A program made the translations under genes and the position numbers. From NCBI GenBank assembly GCA_019358875.1, contig JAHHIF010000024.1, positions 73,662 to 97,661 on the forward strand: a DNA stretch of 24,000 nt. Reading direction: 5' to 3'. This document shows positions 21,999 through 24,000 of this stretch, one piece after another. Numbering within the stretch: the stretch's first letter is position 1; the number at the start of each line of letters is the position of its first letter. The notes beneath the pieces were generated by a model. That model ran no database searches. It was not told the DNA's origin and saw nothing but the letters and a program-made list of their open reading frames with translations. The DNA is from Symplocastrum torsivum CPER-KK1 (GTDB lineage Bacteria; Cyanobacteriota; Cyanobacteriia; Cyanobacteriales; Coleofasciculaceae).

Positions 21999-24000
21999 CT
22001 AAACAGTGACGAAGTTACTAGCGCTAAGGCTACTCGCTTGTACCCAGATCAAAGAGGCTAAAAGTTCGTTACCTGCACTGATGAGAGTAGCGCCATCAGC
22101 TTGAGCGATCGCTAAATCGTTAAAGGTCAAGCCACCCGATAGACCAATTTGAGTCTGACCAAGTTGGACGTTATTGATCGTATCAACGCCATTACCTCTT
22201 GCAAGAACAATTGTGTCCTGACCACCTCCCAGCCAAATCGTGTCATTGCCAGTGCCACCATTAATTTCATCGTTGCCAGAACCTGAGTAGATGATGTCGT
22301 CACCAGCACTACCGAACACAGTATTGTTGCCCTCGCTGGCGTAGATGGTGTCATTACCCGTCCCGCCAGTAACGGTATCAGCTTGCGAACCACCGTAGAT
22401 CAGATCGTCGCCACTATCACCAAAGAGCGTGTTTACACCTTCGCCGCCGAAGATTTGGTCATTGCCAGTACCCCCCTGGATCGTGTCGTTCGCGTTATCT
22501 CCATATAGGCTGTCGTTCGCGTCACCCCCAACGAGGGGTTCGGCTCCAGCGATTGTATCAACATCAAGTGCAAAGCTTAAGACTTGGGTAAATTGAGTGC
22601 TACTGAAATTGTTGTCAGCAACAACAACCAAGGTTTGCCGCCCATCTTCCAACTGAGGACCAAGAGTGATGCCCTCAAGATTATCCAGTGTTATCCCTAA
22701 ATCGCCGAAATCAAGTAGCAAGCGCTTCTGGGCAGCATCGACATCGACTCCGTTCACGCTATCCAGGTCGTTGATATCCGTAGCTCCCAAGATGCTCGTC
22801 TGGTAAAGCTTGACGCTGTTGCCCACACCAGTGGAGAACGAGCGCTCCAGAGTCAGGAACGTACCATTATTATCCAGAGCCAGTATCTCAACTAGACCAT
22901 TGGTACTGAAGCTACCTGCCGGATTGGGCGCATCAGCAACGGGGTTAGTGATGTACAAGAATTCACCAACCGCTTCCCCAGTTTGCAAGTCGTACTGAAC
23001 AATTCGGGACGGACTGCCGTTGGTCAGTGTCGCCGCAGGTCCATCTTGCACTAGAGCATTCTCTGTTGCGGTAAAGAGAAAGCGTTGATTAGGAGTAATT
23101 GTCAGACTTTCAAAGGCTAGATTGTTACGGATACCGGGGTCGTTCGTGCCTATCCCTGTAGGGTTAAACCTATCCGGTACGGGCAACTCGTTAAACTGCT
23201 GCCCTTGGAGCGAGAACTCATTAATAAAAGGGTCGATCAACCGACTCGCAGACCGTTCCCCTTCCGAGGAGATAAACAACGTCCCGCGCTCCGAGAAAGC
23301 AATTCCCTCTGGGTCGAGACTGTTTGGCACAAATGGCTGACCGTTTTCATCCGTGATGGTGGTCACGTCTTGGAATTGGACATCCCCGTTGTCCAGCCTT
23401 CCATCACTAAGGTCAATGCTGAGGGTGTAGAATCGCGCCGGATTAAACTGACTCCGGTCATCCGAGATGCTGTAGAAGACATTGTTGAAGCGATCATAAG
23501 CAATGCCGGATAAACCGCCCACCTGAGTGCCCTCAAAGGTGAACCCCGTTGGGAAGGTTACTTCTCCGATAAATTCCACATTACTAACAGTCTGGCGGTT
23601 GAAATCGGACGTGGAAGCCTCAGACGTGACATCGACCCGCACCAAGCGATGGTCAGAACTGGGGAAGCCCCCAGGAACGTTGGGGTTGAATGTACCGACT
23701 AGGGGGAACTGGGGTTCAGTACTTTCTGGCCAGAATACTGCCGCGTCGGTAATCTCCAGGTTTTGTGAGGGCAGAACGTAATCGACTCGCAGATTTCCCG
23801 GAGCGCCATCGGCAAAGTCAGCCGTATCAAAAGCTGGGTCGGTGATGTGGCTAGCGTTGGCACCTCCCTGCAACGCTGCCTGTTCGGGTCCTCCCTCACT
23901 GCTTGGGGTGATGCTGGTGTTGATTAGAGGATTATCGAGCAGTTGCCGGATGGCATTATCAACGCTGTCTCCATCGTTTGGGTCAGCATTCTGGTCGCCC
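21999..24000 (-). CDS. Secreted multidomain phosphoesterase: EEP-family domain (partial) + phytase-like esterase domain + RTX calcium-binding repeats; 5' end outside window
   Basis: The frame stays open upstream of the track's TTG at 23873 all the way to position 24000 ([25 protein letters not shown]...), so the gene is 5'-truncated by the window. VDYVLPS...[11 protein letters not shown] is the C-terminal signature of endonuclease/exonuclease/phosphatase domains. [13 protein letters not shown]...ISDDRS begins an 'esterase-like activity of phytase' domain. Twelve GGxGxDxUx nonapeptides follow, then a cyanobacterial RTX-type tail ending SNFVTV. Confidence 0.88.
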   Translation of the reverse strand, partial: GDQNADPNDGDSVDNAIRQLLDNPLINTSITPSSEGGPEQAALQGGANASHITDPAFDTADFADGAPGNLRVDYVLPSQNLEITDAAVFWPESTEPQFPLVGTFNPNVPGGFPSSDHRLVRVDVTSEASTSDFNRQTVSNVEFIGEVTFPTGFTFEGTQVGGLSGIAYDRFNNVFYSISDDRSQFNPARFYTLSIDLSDGRLDNGDVQFQDVTTITDENGQPFVPNSLDPEGIAFSERGTLFISSEGERSASRLIDPFINEFSLQGQQFNELPVPDRFNPTGIGTNDPGIRNNLAFESLTITPNQRFLFTATENALVQDGPAATLTNGSPSRIVQYDLQTGEAVGEFLYITNPVADAPNPAGSFSTNGLVEILALDNNGTFLTLERSFSTGVGNSVKLYQTSILGATDINDLDSVNGVDVDAAQKRLLLDFGDLGITLDNLEGITLGPQLEDGRQTLVVVADNNFSSTQFTQVLSFALDVDTIAGAEPLVGGDANDSLYGDNANDTIQGGTGNDQIFGGEGVNTLFGDSGDDLIYGGSQADTVTGGTGNDTIYASEGNNTVFGSAGDDIIYSGSGNDEINGGTGNDTIWLGGGQDTIVLARGNGVDTINNVQLGQTQIGLSGGLTFNDLAIAQADGATLISAGNELLASLIWVQASSLSASNFVTV
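22206..22529 (-). repeat. RTX (hemolysin-type calcium-binding) nonapeptide array, 12 units
   Basis: [108 protein letters not shown]. Confidence 0.9.

Noticed and set aside
1-24000. tRNA, rRNA, CRISPR arrays
   Set aside because: I saw no T-loop/acceptor-like sequence, no rRNA-like conserved blocks, and no regularly spaced direct repeats with unique spacers on either strand.

Overview
The window looks like cyanobacterial DNA. The HIP1 octamer GCGATCGC occurs 7 times, and PEP-CTERM and RTX-type proteins are present. It reads as an accessory, probably plasmid- or chromid-like region with two parts.

Left part (1-6.5 kb):
- three small unassigned ORFs
- a relic of an FGE-sulfatase-domain gene
- an SMP-30/gluconolactonase-like beta-propeller gene
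- a co-oriented tyrosine recombinase-parA-parB maintenance module; the ParA lacks the signature lysine of the deviant Walker A box

Right part (7-24 kb), a dense phosphate-scavenging island:
- a Tat-signal PhoX-family phosphatase
- a Tat-signal PhoD phosphatase followed 23 bp later by a PEP-CTERM protein gene
- an acidic parallel beta-helix repeat protein
- exbB-exbD
- a complete pstS-pstC-pstA-pstB operon, preceded by a textbook three-repeat cyanobacterial Pho box
- a protein with a TonB-like membrane anchor and proline-rich spacer but a non-TonB C-terminus
- an intact ISL3-family IS with 8-bp target-site duplication
- a histidine-kinase 3' remnant
- a large, 5'-partial secreted phosphoesterase (EEP domain + phytase-like esterase + 12 RTX nonapeptides)

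The most interesting hypothesis is that ExbB/ExbD and the TonB-like protein, which bracket the Pst transporter, form a Pho-linked energy-transduction module of undescribed function.

I saw no rRNA, tRNA or CRISPR array. All family calls rest on motif recognition by eye, not on database searches.
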